Counted from the stretch's first letter, positions 40,750-50,637 are shown. The stretch is DNA of 64,000 nt from an uncultured Burkholderiales bacterium (GCA_963924885.1 CAWUUY010000107.1:7302-71301), one strand, 5' to 3'. A program made the numbers and translations. The notes: generated from the sequence alone by a model not told the origin.

Positions 40750-41862
40750 ATGCGCACTTTATCCGTCAATCTCGGCAACCGTAGCTATCCCATCCACATC
40801 GGAGCGGGCAACCGCACGCAGACGGAACTTATTCCGGAAACGTTGCTGAAAGGCAAGGCCGTGGTCATCACCAACACGACCATCGCACCGCTGTATCTGG
40901 AGGGTGTTGTCGCCGCATTGCGCGCGCGAGGGGCCGATTGTTTGCCTATCGTGCTGCCCGATGGCGAAGCCTACAAGAGCTGGGAAACGCTGAATAAAAT
41001 TTTCGATGCGTTGCTGTCCAACCGCTGCGAGCGCAAGACGCCGTTGATCGCACTCGGTGGCGGCGTGATAGGAGATCTCACCGGGTTTGCCGCGGCAACG
41101 TACCAGCGCGGCGTGCCGTTCGTGCAGATCCCCACCACCTTGCTGGCGCAGGTCGATTCCGCCGTCGGCGGCAAAACCGCGATCAACCACCCGCTCGGCA
41201 AAAACATGGTCGGCGCGTTCTATCAGCCGCAAGCGGTGATTGCGGACATGGATACGCTACGCACCTTGCCGCCGCGCGAACTGGCGGCGGGGCTTGCGGA
41301 AGTTATCAAATATGGCTTTATCCGCGACCCGGAGTTTCTCGACTGGCTCGAAAAGAATATCGATCGGCTCAATGCACTGGAACCCGAAGCACTGGCTTTC
41401 GCCGTCGAACGCTCCTGCCAGAACAAAGCGGATGTCGTGGCCAACGACGAACGAGAAACCGGCGAGCGCGCCCTGCTGAATTTCGGCCATACGTTTGGGC
41501 ACGCCATTGAAGCCGGCATGGGATACGGCACGTGGCTGCATGGCGAGGCCGTCGCTGCGGGCATGGTGATGGCCGCGCGGTTTTCTGAAAAACTGGGCTT
41601 GATCGGGAAGGCAGATGTGCAGCGCGTGGTGGATATCCTGCGGCGTGCCAAGCTGCCGGTGGCGGCGCCCGACCTCGATGCGGCTCGCTATCTCGACCTC
41701 ATGGGCCACGACAAAAAAGTCGAGGGCGGGAAAATCAAATTCATCCTGCTGCGTAAACTGGGCGCAGCCTTCATTTGTAACGATTACGACATGACGGCGC
41801 TCGGCGACGTACTCAGTGATGTGTCCGGCGGTGCGCAGTCCGCACCCGTAATCCATGCTTAA
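40750..41862 (+). CDS. aroB: 3-dehydroquinate synthase
   Basis: [38 protein letters not shown]. Confidence 0.93.
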   Translation: MRTLSVNLGNRSYPIHIGAGNRTQTELIPETLLKGKAVVITNTTIAPLYLEGVVAALRARGADCLPIVLPDGEAYKSWETLNKIFDALLSNRCERKTPLIALGGGVIGDLTGFAAATYQRGVPFVQIPTTLLAQVDSAVGGKTAINHPLGKNMVGAFYQPQAVIADMDTLRTLPPRELAAGLAEVIKYGFIRDPEFLDWLEKNIDRLNALEPEALAFAVERSCQNKADVVANDERETGERALLNFGHTFGHAIEAGMGYGTWLHGEAVAAGMVMAARFSEKLGLIGKADVQRVVDILRRAKLPVAAPDLDAARYLDLMGHDKKVEGGKIKFILLRKLGAAFICNDYDMTALGDVLSDVSGGAQSAPVIHA

Positions 41863-42976
41863 GCTCGCCCCCTATGCCGCGCAGGCCGCGTCCACGCGTG
41901 GGCGCGTGCATCGCGAACCTGCCGCGCAGGGGCGCAGCGAGTTTCAGCGCGACCGCGATCGCATCATTCACTCCACCGCGTTTCGGCGGCTAGAATATAA
42001 AACCCAGGTGTTTGTTAATCACGAAGGCGATCTGTTTCGCACACGATTGACGCACAGTCTTGAAGTCGCGCAGATCGCCCGCTCGATCGCTCGCCAGCTC
42101 AGTCTGGACGAGGATCTCACCGAAGCCGTCACGCTGGCGCATGATCTCGGCCACACCCCGTTCGGCCACGCCGGACAGGATGCGCTCAATGCCTGCATGA
42201 AGCCCTACGGCGGCTTTGAGCACAACTTGCAAAGCCTGCGCGTGGTCGATCACCTGGAGCAACGGTACGGCGGCTTTGACGGGCTTAACCTCACCTATGA
42301 AACCCGCGAAGGCATTCTGAAGCATTGCTCGCGCAAAAACGCGCTGCAACTGGGCGAGGTGGCCGAGCGTTTTATCAAACGGCGCCGTCCGTCGCTGGAG
42401 GCGCAACTGGTCAATCTGGCCGACGAGCTCGCCTACAACAATCACGATGTTGATGACGGCCTGCGTTCCGGGTTGGTGACACTGGAACAACTGTCCACCG
42501 TGCCCATCTTTAGCCGCCATCGTGAACTCGCGACCAAGGAATTTCCCAAGATCAATGGCCGCCGTCTGGTGCATGAAACTGTGCGACGCATGATCGGCAC
42601 GCTGGTGGCGGACCTGACGAGCCAAAGCGCAGCCAACATCCGCGAACAGGATCCCCGGTCGGTGGATGAGGTGCGGCGCGCGCCGGTGCTGATCGCCTTC
42701 AGCCTGCGGATCGAAAAACAGCAACTCGAACTCAAGCAATTTCTGCGCGACAATCTGTATCAGCATTACCGCGTGGCGCGCATGAGCAGCAAGGCGCGGC
42801 GCATCGTCACCGAATTATTTGATGCGCTACTGGCCGAACCCAAGTTGCTGCCGCCGGATTTTCAGGCGCGCGCGCGTGACGACAAACCGCGTGCCATCGC
42901 CGATTACATCGCCGGCATGACCGACCGTTACGCCATGCTCGAACACCGGCGCTTGTTTGCGGTGGAACCGGTATAA
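41855..42976 (+). CDS. dgt: dGTPase-like deoxynucleoside triphosphate triphosphohydrolase (HD domain)
   Basis: F.RD.DRIIHS.AFRRL..KTQVF......[13 protein letters not shown]...HDLGH.PFGH. Confidence 0.88.
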   Translation: MLKLAPYAAQAASTRGRVHREPAAQGRSEFQRDRDRIIHSTAFRRLEYKTQVFVNHEGDLFRTRLTHSLEVAQIARSIARQLSLDEDLTEAVTLAHDLGHTPFGHAGQDALNACMKPYGGFEHNLQSLRVVDHLEQRYGGFDGLNLTYETREGILKHCSRKNALQLGEVAERFIKRRRPSLEAQLVNLADELAYNNHDVDDGLRSGLVTLEQLSTVPIFSRHRELATKEFPKINGRRLVHETVRRMIGTLVADLTSQSAANIREQDPRSVDEVRRAPVLIAFSLRIEKQQLELKQFLRDNLYQHYRVARMSSKARRIVTELFDALLAEPKLLPPDFQARARDDKPRAIADYIAGMTDRYAMLEHRRLFAVEPV

Positions 42977-43012
42977 CAACCTGATTGCGGATCGGCGCTA
43001 CCCCACCTCGCC

Positions 43013-43981
43013 CTACTCTACCTTCACTCCCGCCGCCTTCACCACCTTCGCCCAGCGCGCGGTTTCGGCGCGAATGAACGCGGCGAACTCTTCCGCGCTG
43101 CCCGCAACAATGTCGGCGCCGACGGCGAGCAGCCGGTCTTTCACCTCACCGATGGCCAGCACCTTGCGCACCTCGTCGTTCATGCGGTCAATGTGCGAGC
43201 GGTCCGTTTTTGCCGGCGCGACGATGCCGTACCATTCCTCGAACACAAAGCCTGGCAGCCCTGCTTACACGGTTGTCGGAATGTCCGGCGTGGCGGCGGA
43301 GCGTTTGGCGTTGGTGACGGCGATGATGCGCACGCGGCCGGATTTTGCATGCGCAGCGATGGTAGGGTAGCTGGTAAAAATCAATTGCGTCTCGCCCGAC
43401 ATCAGCGCGGTGGCTGCCGGCGACGCGCCCTTGTAGTGAATGCCGGCGAGATTCACACCCAGCATGGTGTTGAACTGCGCCAGCGCCAGATGCGGCGGCG
43501 AGCCGGGGCCGGCGAGAGACACATTGAATTTATCAGCGGAGGTTTTCACCAACGCCACCAGCTCCTTCACGCTTTTCGCGGGCACGGAAGGGTGCACCGC
43601 CATCACATACAAGCCCTTGGCCGCCAGCGTGACGGCCGCCAGATCGCGCAGCGCATCGTACGGCAGCTTGGCGTAAAGCGCCGGATTCACCGCGAGATTG
43701 CTGGTGGCAAAACCCAGGGTGTAACCGTCGGGCGCGGATTTCACCAGATTCTCGGTGCCGATGATGGTGCTGGCGCCGCCGCGGTTGTCCACCACCACCT
43801 GCTGCCCGAGCGCATCGGACAGCCGCGCGCAAATGATGCGCGCGATGACATCGGTGCCGCCGCCCGGCGGCCACGCGACAACCATGCGGATGGGGCGGTT
43901 GGGATGAGTGCCTTGTCCTTGTACTAGCGCGGCGACCGGCACTGCGGTCGCCAGCAGCAACGCGGCAGCCAGGGATTTCAT
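43013..43981 (-). pseudogene. Bug-family (tripartite tricarboxylate transporter) periplasmic binding protein interrupted by in-frame TAA
   Basis: ORFs 43265..43981 and 43013..43246 are in the same frame. The junction reads PDIPTTV*AGLPGFVFEEWYGIVAP, where Bug proteins have ..TV(A)EAGLPGF.. . The TAA corresponds to plus-strand tta at 43265-43267. Confidence 0.8.
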
Positions 43982-43994
43982 GACGAATTAAATA

Positions 43995-44014
43995 TAAGTA
44001 TTTGTTTTTAAACA
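43995..44014 (+). repeat. AT-rich intergenic element, copy 3 (TAAGTATTTGTTTTTAAACA)
   Basis: 20/20 identical to 48204-48223. Flanks are also similar (AAACAATAATTT). Confidence 0.7.
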
Positions 44015-44021
44015 ATAATTT

Positions 44022-44756
44022 CTAAGAGGCCTTCTGTTGCATACCACCAAACATGCGCAGCAGTTTGCCGTAGCCCGGAATGCTGCCGGTGTAGCCCAGT
44101 TTTTTCAGCGCGCCCCAGATGCTCACCTGCGAGGTGGAGAGCACCGGCTTGCCGAGGTCTTGTTCGAGGCGCTCGAGGATCGCCATGCTTTTCCAGTTAG
44201 TGCAGGCGAGCACGATGGCCTGCGCGTCGGCGCAATCCACTTTTTTGCCGAGGTCGTAAGCGGTTTGCACATCAAGGCGGCCGATCTGCAAATTGTCGAT
44301 CACGTTCAAGCCATCCTTTGCGACGACCTTGATGCCGTTGGCCTCGATAAACTTCGCGCAGATGTCATTAACCTCGGGGCTATACGCAGAACCTAGCGCG
44401 ATGCGCGTGATGCCCAGCGCCTTGAACGATTCGAGCAGCGCGGTCGAGGTGGTGGTCGCCGGTTTGCCGGTAACACGCGTGATGCGCTCGCTGACTTCAC
44501 GGTCGTAGCCCAGGCCTTTCAAAAAACTCGGCGCGGTGGCGCCCAGAATAATCACATCCACGTCCGCGCTGGCGAGAAGCTTTGATTCCACATCCAGCGA
44601 ATCGGCCATCTTGCCGATTGATTCGGGCGTCACCGTGGTGATCGGCAGGCGCGCCGTATGCAGCGTAACGCCCTCGGGCAGCGCCCGGTAAAACTCCGGT
44701 TCAACCGTGGTGTTGGAAGAGGGCGCGAGCAGCCCGATGCGGCCAGTGAATGACAT
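44022..44756 (-). CDS. Asp/Glu racemase-superfamily enzyme, arylmalonate decarboxylase/maleate isomerase-like (single catalytic Cys)
   Basis: IGLLAPSSNTTVEPEF N-terminus. The first catalytic position reads G-A73-T-A-P-S-F (Cys in maleate isomerase, Gly74 in AMDase). The second retains Cys185 (LACTNW). Confidence 0.7.
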   Translation of the reverse strand: MSFTGRIGLLAPSSNTTVEPEFYRALPEGVTLHTARLPITTVTPESIGKMADSLDVESKLLASADVDVIILGATAPSFLKGLGYDREVSERITRVTGKPATTTSTALLESFKALGITRIALGSAYSPEVNDICAKFIEANGIKVVAKDGLNVIDNLQIGRLDVQTAYDLGKKVDCADAQAIVLACTNWKSMAILERLEQDLGKPVLSTSQVSIWGALKKLGYTGSIPGYGKLLRMFGGMQQKAS

Positions 44757-44838
44757 GGTGGAATCCTTTCAAAGAGTGCGGCAAGTTTAGCAGCAAGCCG
44801 TGGATTACAATTCGCCCATTGAATTTCGGGAATAGACC

Positions 44839-45198
44839 ATGAGCGCATTTATCAAAAACGCCACAGAATTTTTGTGGGAGCAACCCGACGCCGGGCACCA
44901 CAACGGCGCCTACTCCAAAATGCTGGTGACGTCCGCGAACGCCGCGACGAAGCATTTTGATTACCGCATTTCGAGTTACCAGCCCAAGGCGCATGTCGCG
45001 CCGCACCGGCATAAAATCCAGGAGCAGATTTACCACGTGCTCGATGGCGAGGGCTTGATGGAAATCGACGGCGTGCGGCGCGTGGTGAAAAAACAGGATG
45101 TGATATTTATCCCGCCCGGCGCGGAGCATGCCTTGTATAACACCGGGTTTACCGATCTGACTTTTATTGTGGTGACTTCACCGCCGGAAGACAAATAA
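44839..45198 (+). CDS. cupin-domain protein
   Basis: APHRHK..EQIYHVL.GEG......V..D.IFIPPGAEHAL.N two-motif cupin pattern. Confidence 0.7.
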   Translation: MSAFIKNATEFLWEQPDAGHHNGAYSKMLVTSANAATKHFDYRISSYQPKAHVAPHRHKIQEQIYHVLDGEGLMEIDGVRRVVKKQDVIFIPPGAEHALYNTGFTDLTFIVVTSPPEDK

Positions 45199-46622
45199 TG
45201 ACAACCGAAGCATTCGACGTAGTCGTCGTAGGCGGTGGCATGGCCGGTCTTTCCGCCGCCAACCGCGCCGCGCAACAAGGCCTGAAAGTCGCCGTGCTTG
45301 AGCGTGGCGACGGCCCGCAATATCTGTGCAACTCGCGCTACTCCGGCGGCGTGCTGCACATCGCCATGCACAACGCCAAAGATCCCGCCGAGAAGCTGAT
45401 GGAGGTGATTAACAACGCCACCAGCGGCAAGGCCGACCCGGTGCTTGCGCGCGCGCTGGCCACCACGGCGGGTCGCGCCATCGACTGGCTGCAAAGCGAG
45501 GGCGCGAAATACATCCGCGTAGGCAACATCGTGTGGCAGCAACATGTGCTGGCGCCGCCGCGCCCCATCGTCGCGGGCCTAGACTGGAAAGGCCGCGGGC
45601 CGGATGTCACGTTACGGCAACTGGTGGCGAATCTGGAAAAACGTGGCGGCAAATTGATCCGCTTGCCCGCCTTGACGCTGATGGAAAAAGAAGGCCAGTG
45701 CATCGGTGTTGAAACCGGGGAAGGTGCGAACAAACAACAGTTCGAGGCACGCGCCGTGGTGCTCGCCGACGGCGGCTATCAGGGCAACCCCGCGCTGGTG
45801 CGCGAACACATGGGCATTGATTTCGCCAAGGTCAAAACACGCGGCGCGGGCACCGGCGTCGGCGACGGCATGCGCATGGCGCGCGCGATGGGCGCGCAAT
45901 TTTCCGAGCTCAAATATTTTTACGGGCACATGCTGTCGCGCGATTCATTCACCAATGACAAAGTCTGGCCGTATCCGCAGTTGGATGAACTCGGCACCGT
46001 GGGCCTGGTGGTGAACGACGCCGGCGAGCGCTTTGTCGATGAAGGGCTGGGCGGCGTGTTCGTCGCCAACACCATCGCGCGGCTGGCGAATCCTCTTTCA
46101 ACATGGGCAATTCTCGATCACGCGATTTGGGAAGGGCCAGGGCGCACCGCGCGCATCCCCGCCAACCCGCAATTGGCGAACGCGGGCGGCACCATCCACA
46201 AGGCGGCAACACTGGGCGAGCTGGCGATGATGACCGGCATCGACGTGGCTGGCCTCGAAGCCACCGTGGCTGCCTACAACAAAGCGCTCGCGTCCGCCGG
46301 TACCGCGAGCCCCATCGTGAGCCTCATGCCGCCGCGCAGCGCGCATCCCATCGTGCCCGCGCCCATCGCCAAGACGCCGTTTTACGCCGTGCCCTTGTGC
46401 GCGGGCATGACCTACACCTTTGGCGGCATTTTCACCGATGGCGATGGCCGCGTGATGAGCACGCGCGGCGCGCCGATTGAGGGGCTGTATGCCGTGGGCG
46501 CCACCACCGGCGGGCTGGAAGGCGGCACCGGCGGCGGCTATGTCGGCGGCCTCATCAAGGGCATCACGTTCGGCATGCTTGCGGCGGAGCATATCGCCCG
46601 GTGCGTGAAGGGTGAGGCGTGA
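45198..46622 (+). CDS. FAD-dependent oxidoreductase (fumarate reductase/succinate dehydrogenase flavoprotein-like)
   Basis: FDVVVVGGGMAGLSAA dinucleotide motif. C-terminal GLYAVG..TGG. ATAATG junction with the cupin gene. Confidence 0.8.
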   Translation: MTTEAFDVVVVGGGMAGLSAANRAAQQGLKVAVLERGDGPQYLCNSRYSGGVLHIAMHNAKDPAEKLMEVINNATSGKADPVLARALATTAGRAIDWLQSEGAKYIRVGNIVWQQHVLAPPRPIVAGLDWKGRGPDVTLRQLVANLEKRGGKLIRLPALTLMEKEGQCIGVETGEGANKQQFEARAVVLADGGYQGNPALVREHMGIDFAKVKTRGAGTGVGDGMRMARAMGAQFSELKYFYGHMLSRDSFTNDKVWPYPQLDELGTVGLVVNDAGERFVDEGLGGVFVANTIARLANPLSTWAILDHAIWEGPGRTARIPANPQLANAGGTIHKAATLGELAMMTGIDVAGLEATVAAYNKALASAGTASPIVSLMPPRSAHPIVPAPIAKTPFYAVPLCAGMTYTFGGIFTDGDGRVMSTRGAPIEGLYAVGATTGGLEGGTGGGYVGGLIKGITFGMLAAEHIARCVKGEA

Positions 46623-47575
46623 TACGTGATGCGGTAGTCCTTTTGTTGGCGGCGCTCTTTGCGAACACCGTGGCCGCTCAACCCTACCCCAACCGTCCGG
46701 TGCGCGTCATCGTGTCGGTGGCCGCCGGTGGCGGCACCGATACCGTGGGCCGTTCGCTGGCGCAAAAAATGAGCGAACGGCTCGGTCAGCAATTTGTCAT
46801 CGACAACCGGCCCGGTGGCGGCGGTAGCATCGCGGTGGAACTCACCGCGCGCGCCAATCCCGACGGTCACACGCTGCTGTTCTCATCCAGCACGTTCGTT
46901 ACCAACCAACTGCTCTACAAAGTGAATTACGACGCGTTGCGCGATCTGGCGCCCGTCAGCCTTGCGAGCGAAAATCCCTACGTAATCGCAGTCAATGCCA
47001 ACGTGCCGGCGAAAACATTACCCGCATTCATCGCACTGGCGAAAGCCAAGCCGCGCGGCTTTAACTATGCGTCGTCCGGCAAGGGCAGTCTGTTGCATCT
47101 GACGGCGGAACTGTTGAGTTCGGCGGCGGGGATCGAGATGACGCATATCCCGTACAAAGGCATGGCGCTGGCGTTCCCCGACATCATTTCAGGGCAGGTA
47201 CAGGTGGCGATATCCAGTGCGCTGACCATGCTGCCGCAATTACGCGGCGGGCGTGTGCACGCGCTGGGCGTCACCAGCCGCAAGCGCATGCCGGCACTCC
47301 CCGAGGTGCCCACCATAGAAGAAGCAGGCTTTACCGGCTTCGAGGTCACGCAGTGGTACGGCATGCTGGCCCCGGCGCAAACACCGCGCGGGCTGAGGCT
47401 GACAGTGCAACAGGAGATGGCGCGCGCCATGCAACAGCCCGACGTGCGCGCGCGGCTGACTGCGGAAGGCGCGGAGCCGGTGGGCAACACGCCCGACGAA
47501 TTTGCCGTGCGGCTCAAGGACGAATTCGCCAAGTGGGCGAAAACGATCAAGGCCGCGGGCATTAAGGGTGATTAA
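46619..47575 (+). CDS. Bug-family tripartite tricarboxylate transporter substrate-binding protein
   Basis: Signal peptide plus YPNRPVR.IV..AAGGGTD...R. GTGA overlap with the flavoprotein gene. Confidence 0.85.
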   Translation: MIRDAVVLLLAALFANTVAAQPYPNRPVRVIVSVAAGGGTDTVGRSLAQKMSERLGQQFVIDNRPGGGGSIAVELTARANPDGHTLLFSSSTFVTNQLLYKVNYDALRDLAPVSLASENPYVIAVNANVPAKTLPAFIALAKAKPRGFNYASSGKGSLLHLTAELLSSAAGIEMTHIPYKGMALAFPDIISGQVQVAISSALTMLPQLRGGRVHALGVTSRKRMPALPEVPTIEEAGFTGFEVTQWYGMLAPAQTPRGLRLTVQQEMARAMQQPDVRARLTAEGAEPVGNTPDEFAVRLKDEFAKWAKTIKAAGIKGD

Positions 47576-47579
47576 CGAG

Positions 47580-48089
47580 TTATTGCACCTTACCCAGAAA
47601 ATCCATCTTGCCGATTTCAACGCCACCGTGACGCAGCAGGTTGTACGACGTTGCGACGTGAAAATAAAAGTTCGGCAGCACCCACGAATTCAGGTAGTCG
47701 AGTCCCTTGAAGTTGAAGGTGTTAGCACCGGCGGTGATGGTAATCGCCTTGTCTTCGCTGCCGTCGATCTGCGCGGCAGTGAGAGTTTTCAGAAAATCTA
47801 TCGCTTTACGCACCCGCGCCTTGAGTTCCGGCAGGGTTTTCTCGTTGTCTTCAAACTTCGGAATGTCGATGCCGGCCAGCCGTGCGCCTGCGCCCTTGGA
47901 CATATCGGTGGCGATGCGGATTTGCCGCGCGAAGGTAAACATATCGGGAAACAGCCGCGCTTCGACGAAGGCCGAGTCTTCAATCTTGCGCGCGGCGACG
48001 TGGGCGATGGCTTTGTCGAGTATGGCTTCGAGGTTGCTCAGTGATTTAATCATTGGCGGAATCGAAGCGTTATACATGGAAATGTTCAT
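47580..48089 (-). CDS. DUF1993 domain protein
   Basis: MY.ASIP.....L.NL..IL.KA...............RL.PDMF...RQ....D pattern. ATG 48089 is preceded by AGGA. Confidence 0.75.
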   Translation of the reverse strand: MNISMYNASIPPMIKSLSNLEAILDKAIAHVAARKIEDSAFVEARLFPDMFTFARQIRIATDMSKGAGARLAGIDIPKFEDNEKTLPELKARVRKAIDFLKTLTAAQIDGSEDKAITITAGANTFNFKGLDYLNSWVLPNFYFHVATSYNLLRHGGVEIGKMDFLGKVQ

Positions 48090-48203
48090 GGTGATCCTGT
48101 GGGGTTGAGGTGACACTGGGTGATGTAACGCGGTTGAGCGGCGCCATTATATTCGTTACAGTGTGACTCTCCCATGACGCACAGCCTCTCTCGGGAATAA
48201 ACG

Positions 48204-48223
48204 TAAGTATTTGTTTTTAAACA
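48204..48223 (+). repeat. AT-rich intergenic element, copy 4 (TAAGTATTTGTTTTTAAACA)
   Basis: 20/20 identical to 43995-44014. It lies in the divergent DUF1993/acyl-CoA dehydrogenase promoter region. Confidence 0.7.
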
Positions 48224-48244
48224 CTATTTTAATTAAGGTGTGTT

Positions 48245-49393
48245 ATGACTCAGCCCGATTTCAGCGAACACCGCGTGATGCTGTCGAACAGCGTCACCGG
48301 CTTTGCGCGTGGCGTGGACTTCGCGCGCGTGCGCAAGTTGCGCGATGGCCAAACGGAATGTGACCGCGCGGCGTGGAAGCAAATGGCGGAGCTCGGCTGG
48401 CTCGGCGTGCTGGTGCCCGAGCCATATGGCGGCATGGGCATGACGCTCGCCGACATGGCGATCGTCGCGCAGGGACTGGCGCGCGTGCTGGTGCCGGAGC
48501 CGCTGACCGCCGTGGCCGTGATGGCCGCGCGCGTGCTGGCCGACAGCAATAACCCCGCGCTGAAACAAACACTGCTCGAACGCCTGGTGTCGGGCGACGT
48601 GCTGCCCGCCGTGGCGTGGCAGGAAGAAGCCGGCACGCTCGACGCCGCTAAAATCAAGGCACAGGCCACGCCCTTCGAGGGCGGGTTTCGTGTCAATGGC
48701 AGCAAACGGTTTATCGTGGGTGCAACGGATGCGGATGGTTACATCGTCTCGGCCAATGCACCGCAAGGCATGCAGCTCTTGTGGGTGCCACGCAACGCGG
48801 CGGGCGCGGCGATGATTTTCGACACGCTGGCCGATGGCCGCCAGTCCGGCACGCTGAATTTATTGGACGTGGCCGTGCCCAAAGAAAATGTCATCAACAG
48901 CGGAACGGCGGCAGCCGAATCGCTGGCGCGCGCCATCGATCACACCGCGGCGATTGCCAGTGCGGAATTGTGCGGCATCATGACGCGCTCACTCGACATC
49001 ACCCTAGAGTATCTAAAAACCCGCGTGCAGTTCGGCAAGCCCATCGGCAGCTTTCAAGTGCTGCAACACCGCGCGGTAGATTTGTATATCCAACAGGAAC
49101 TCTCCAGCGCGGTGCTCGCCGATTGTCTGGCCGTGCTCGACAGCGAGCCAGACACAAAAACCCGCGCCGCCGCCTCCAGCCGCGTCAAGGCGCGCTGCAC
49201 CGATGCCGCCCTGCTGATTACACGGCAAGCGATCCAGATGCACGGCGCGATCGGCTTCACCGAGGATTGCGACGTGGGCCTGTACGTCAAACGTGCGATG
49301 ACACTCGCCGCGTGGCTGGGCAACGGTACGGCGCACCGGCGGCGTTATTTCAATTGCGCCAAAACGGAAATCCTCGAAGGAGTCGCGGCATGA
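48245..49393 (+). CDS. acyl-CoA dehydrogenase family protein (subunit 1 of adjacent pair)
   Basis: ACAD fold pattern (GW.G..VPE.YGG.G...., GSKRFI, QMHGAIGFTEDCDVGLY.KRA). Confidence 0.85.
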   Translation: MTQPDFSEHRVMLSNSVTGFARGVDFARVRKLRDGQTECDRAAWKQMAELGWLGVLVPEPYGGMGMTLADMAIVAQGLARVLVPEPLTAVAVMAARVLADSNNPALKQTLLERLVSGDVLPAVAWQEEAGTLDAAKIKAQATPFEGGFRVNGSKRFIVGATDADGYIVSANAPQGMQLLWVPRNAAGAAMIFDTLADGRQSGTLNLLDVAVPKENVINSGTAAAESLARAIDHTAAIASAELCGIMTRSLDITLEYLKTRVQFGKPIGSFQVLQHRAVDLYIQQELSSAVLADCLAVLDSEPDTKTRAAASSRVKARCTDAALLITRQAIQMHGAIGFTEDCDVGLYVKRAMTLAAWLGNGTAHRRRYFNCAKTEILEGVAA

Positions 49394-50547
49394 ACCCCTT
49401 CAACGCCTTTAATACCATGGCGGATGACGCGTTTCGCGCCGAGGCGCGCGCGTTTTTCGAGAACGACTATCCGGCGGAACTGCGCTTCATGCCGCGTCGC
49501 CTGACCTGGGCGGAGAGCAAGCCGTGGTGGCTGACACTCTCTAAAAAAGGCTGGCTCGCGCCCAACTGGCCATTGGAGCACGGCGGCATGGGGCTCGACC
49601 CCGCCAAGCTGATTATCTACTGGGAAGAAACCGAACGTGCCGGCATCGGCCGCATGCCCGATCAGGGTGTGACCATGGTGGGGCCGACGCTGATCCGCTT
49701 TGGCAACGAAGCGCAGCGCGCGCAGTATCTGCCGAAGATACTCGCCGGTGACAACGTGTGGTGTCAGGGCTATTCGGAACCCAACGCCGGCAGCGATCTC
49801 GCCAGCCTGCGCACCGAGGCCGTGCTCGATGGCGACGAATACGTCATCAACGGCAGCAAAATCTGGACCTCCATGGCGCACCACGCCACGCACATTTACG
49901 TGCTGGTGCGCACCGACAAAAACGTCAAGCAGCAGCGCGGCATCAGCTTCCTGCTGGTCGACATGAAAACACCGGGCATCACCCTGCGCCCGATCCGCAA
50001 CATCGCCGGCAGCGAGGAATTCTGCCAGGTGTTTTTCGACAACGTGCGCACGCACAAAGACAACCTCATCGGCAAACTGAACGAAGGCTGGACCATCGCC
50101 AAGGGTCTGCTCACGTTTGAACGATTAAACATCGGCAGCCCGCGCCGCCCTTTGCAGGCGTTCGAGCAGCTCGATCCGCTAGCGCGCGCGCAAGGGCTGT
50201 TCAACGACCAGGGTTTTGTTGATCGCTATACGCAATTAAAAATGGATCTGAACGACCTGGGTTCGCTCTACCAGCGCTACGTCGATAAAGCACGGCGCGG
50301 CGAGGCGCTGGGCCCGGACATCTCCATGCTCAAAGTGTTCGCGATGGACACCTATCAAAAACTCGCCGAACTGCTGCTGGAAGCCGGCGCCGAATACGGC
50401 GCATTTGCAGGCGAAGTAACCCTCGGCGGCGACACCGTGGATTTGATGTCACAGTTCTACACCTCGCGCCCCGGCACCATCTACGGCGGCTCGAACGAGA
50501 TACAGCGCAATATTTTGTCGAAATACGTACTTCAATTGCCGTCCTAA
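49390..50547 (+). CDS. acyl-CoA dehydrogenase family protein (subunit 2 of adjacent pair)
   Basis: Starts at the ATG of the ATGA overlap (49390). W.QGYSEPNAGSDLASL.T, INGSKIWTS, IYGGSNEIQRNI. The long ORF 48781.. is an artefactual upstream extension. Confidence 0.85.
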   Translation: MNPFNAFNTMADDAFRAEARAFFENDYPAELRFMPRRLTWAESKPWWLTLSKKGWLAPNWPLEHGGMGLDPAKLIIYWEETERAGIGRMPDQGVTMVGPTLIRFGNEAQRAQYLPKILAGDNVWCQGYSEPNAGSDLASLRTEAVLDGDEYVINGSKIWTSMAHHATHIYVLVRTDKNVKQQRGISFLLVDMKTPGITLRPIRNIAGSEEFCQVFFDNVRTHKDNLIGKLNEGWTIAKGLLTFERLNIGSPRRPLQAFEQLDPLARAQGLFNDQGFVDRYTQLKMDLNDLGSLYQRYVDKARRGEALGPDISMLKVFAMDTYQKLAELLLEAGAEYGAFAGEVTLGGDTVDLMSQFYTSRPGTIYGGSNEIQRNILSKYVLQLPS

Positions 50548-50566
50548 CCAGCGCATCAGCGCCTGC

Positions 50567-50601
50567 CCCTTGCCCCTCTCCCCTCGGGAGAGGGGCAAGG
50601 G
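50567..50601. repeat. perfect 15-bp-stem GC-rich hairpin (REP/terminator-like)
   Basis: CCCTTGCCCCTCTCC-cctcg-GGAGAGGGGCAAGGG, 20 nt after the ACAD stop. No T-run. Confidence 0.6.
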
Positions 50602-50637
50602 ATGAGGGAAGCTGCTTCACCACCGTGAAAGAGAATC

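Noticed and set aside
48781-49389. Upstream 200-codon extension of the second acyl-CoA dehydrogenase ORF (listed as 48781..50547)
   Set aside because: The extension is an out-of-frame read-through of the first ACAD gene with an Arg-rich nonsense-like translation. The ACAD similarity begins at the ATG at 49390 (MNPFNAF...).
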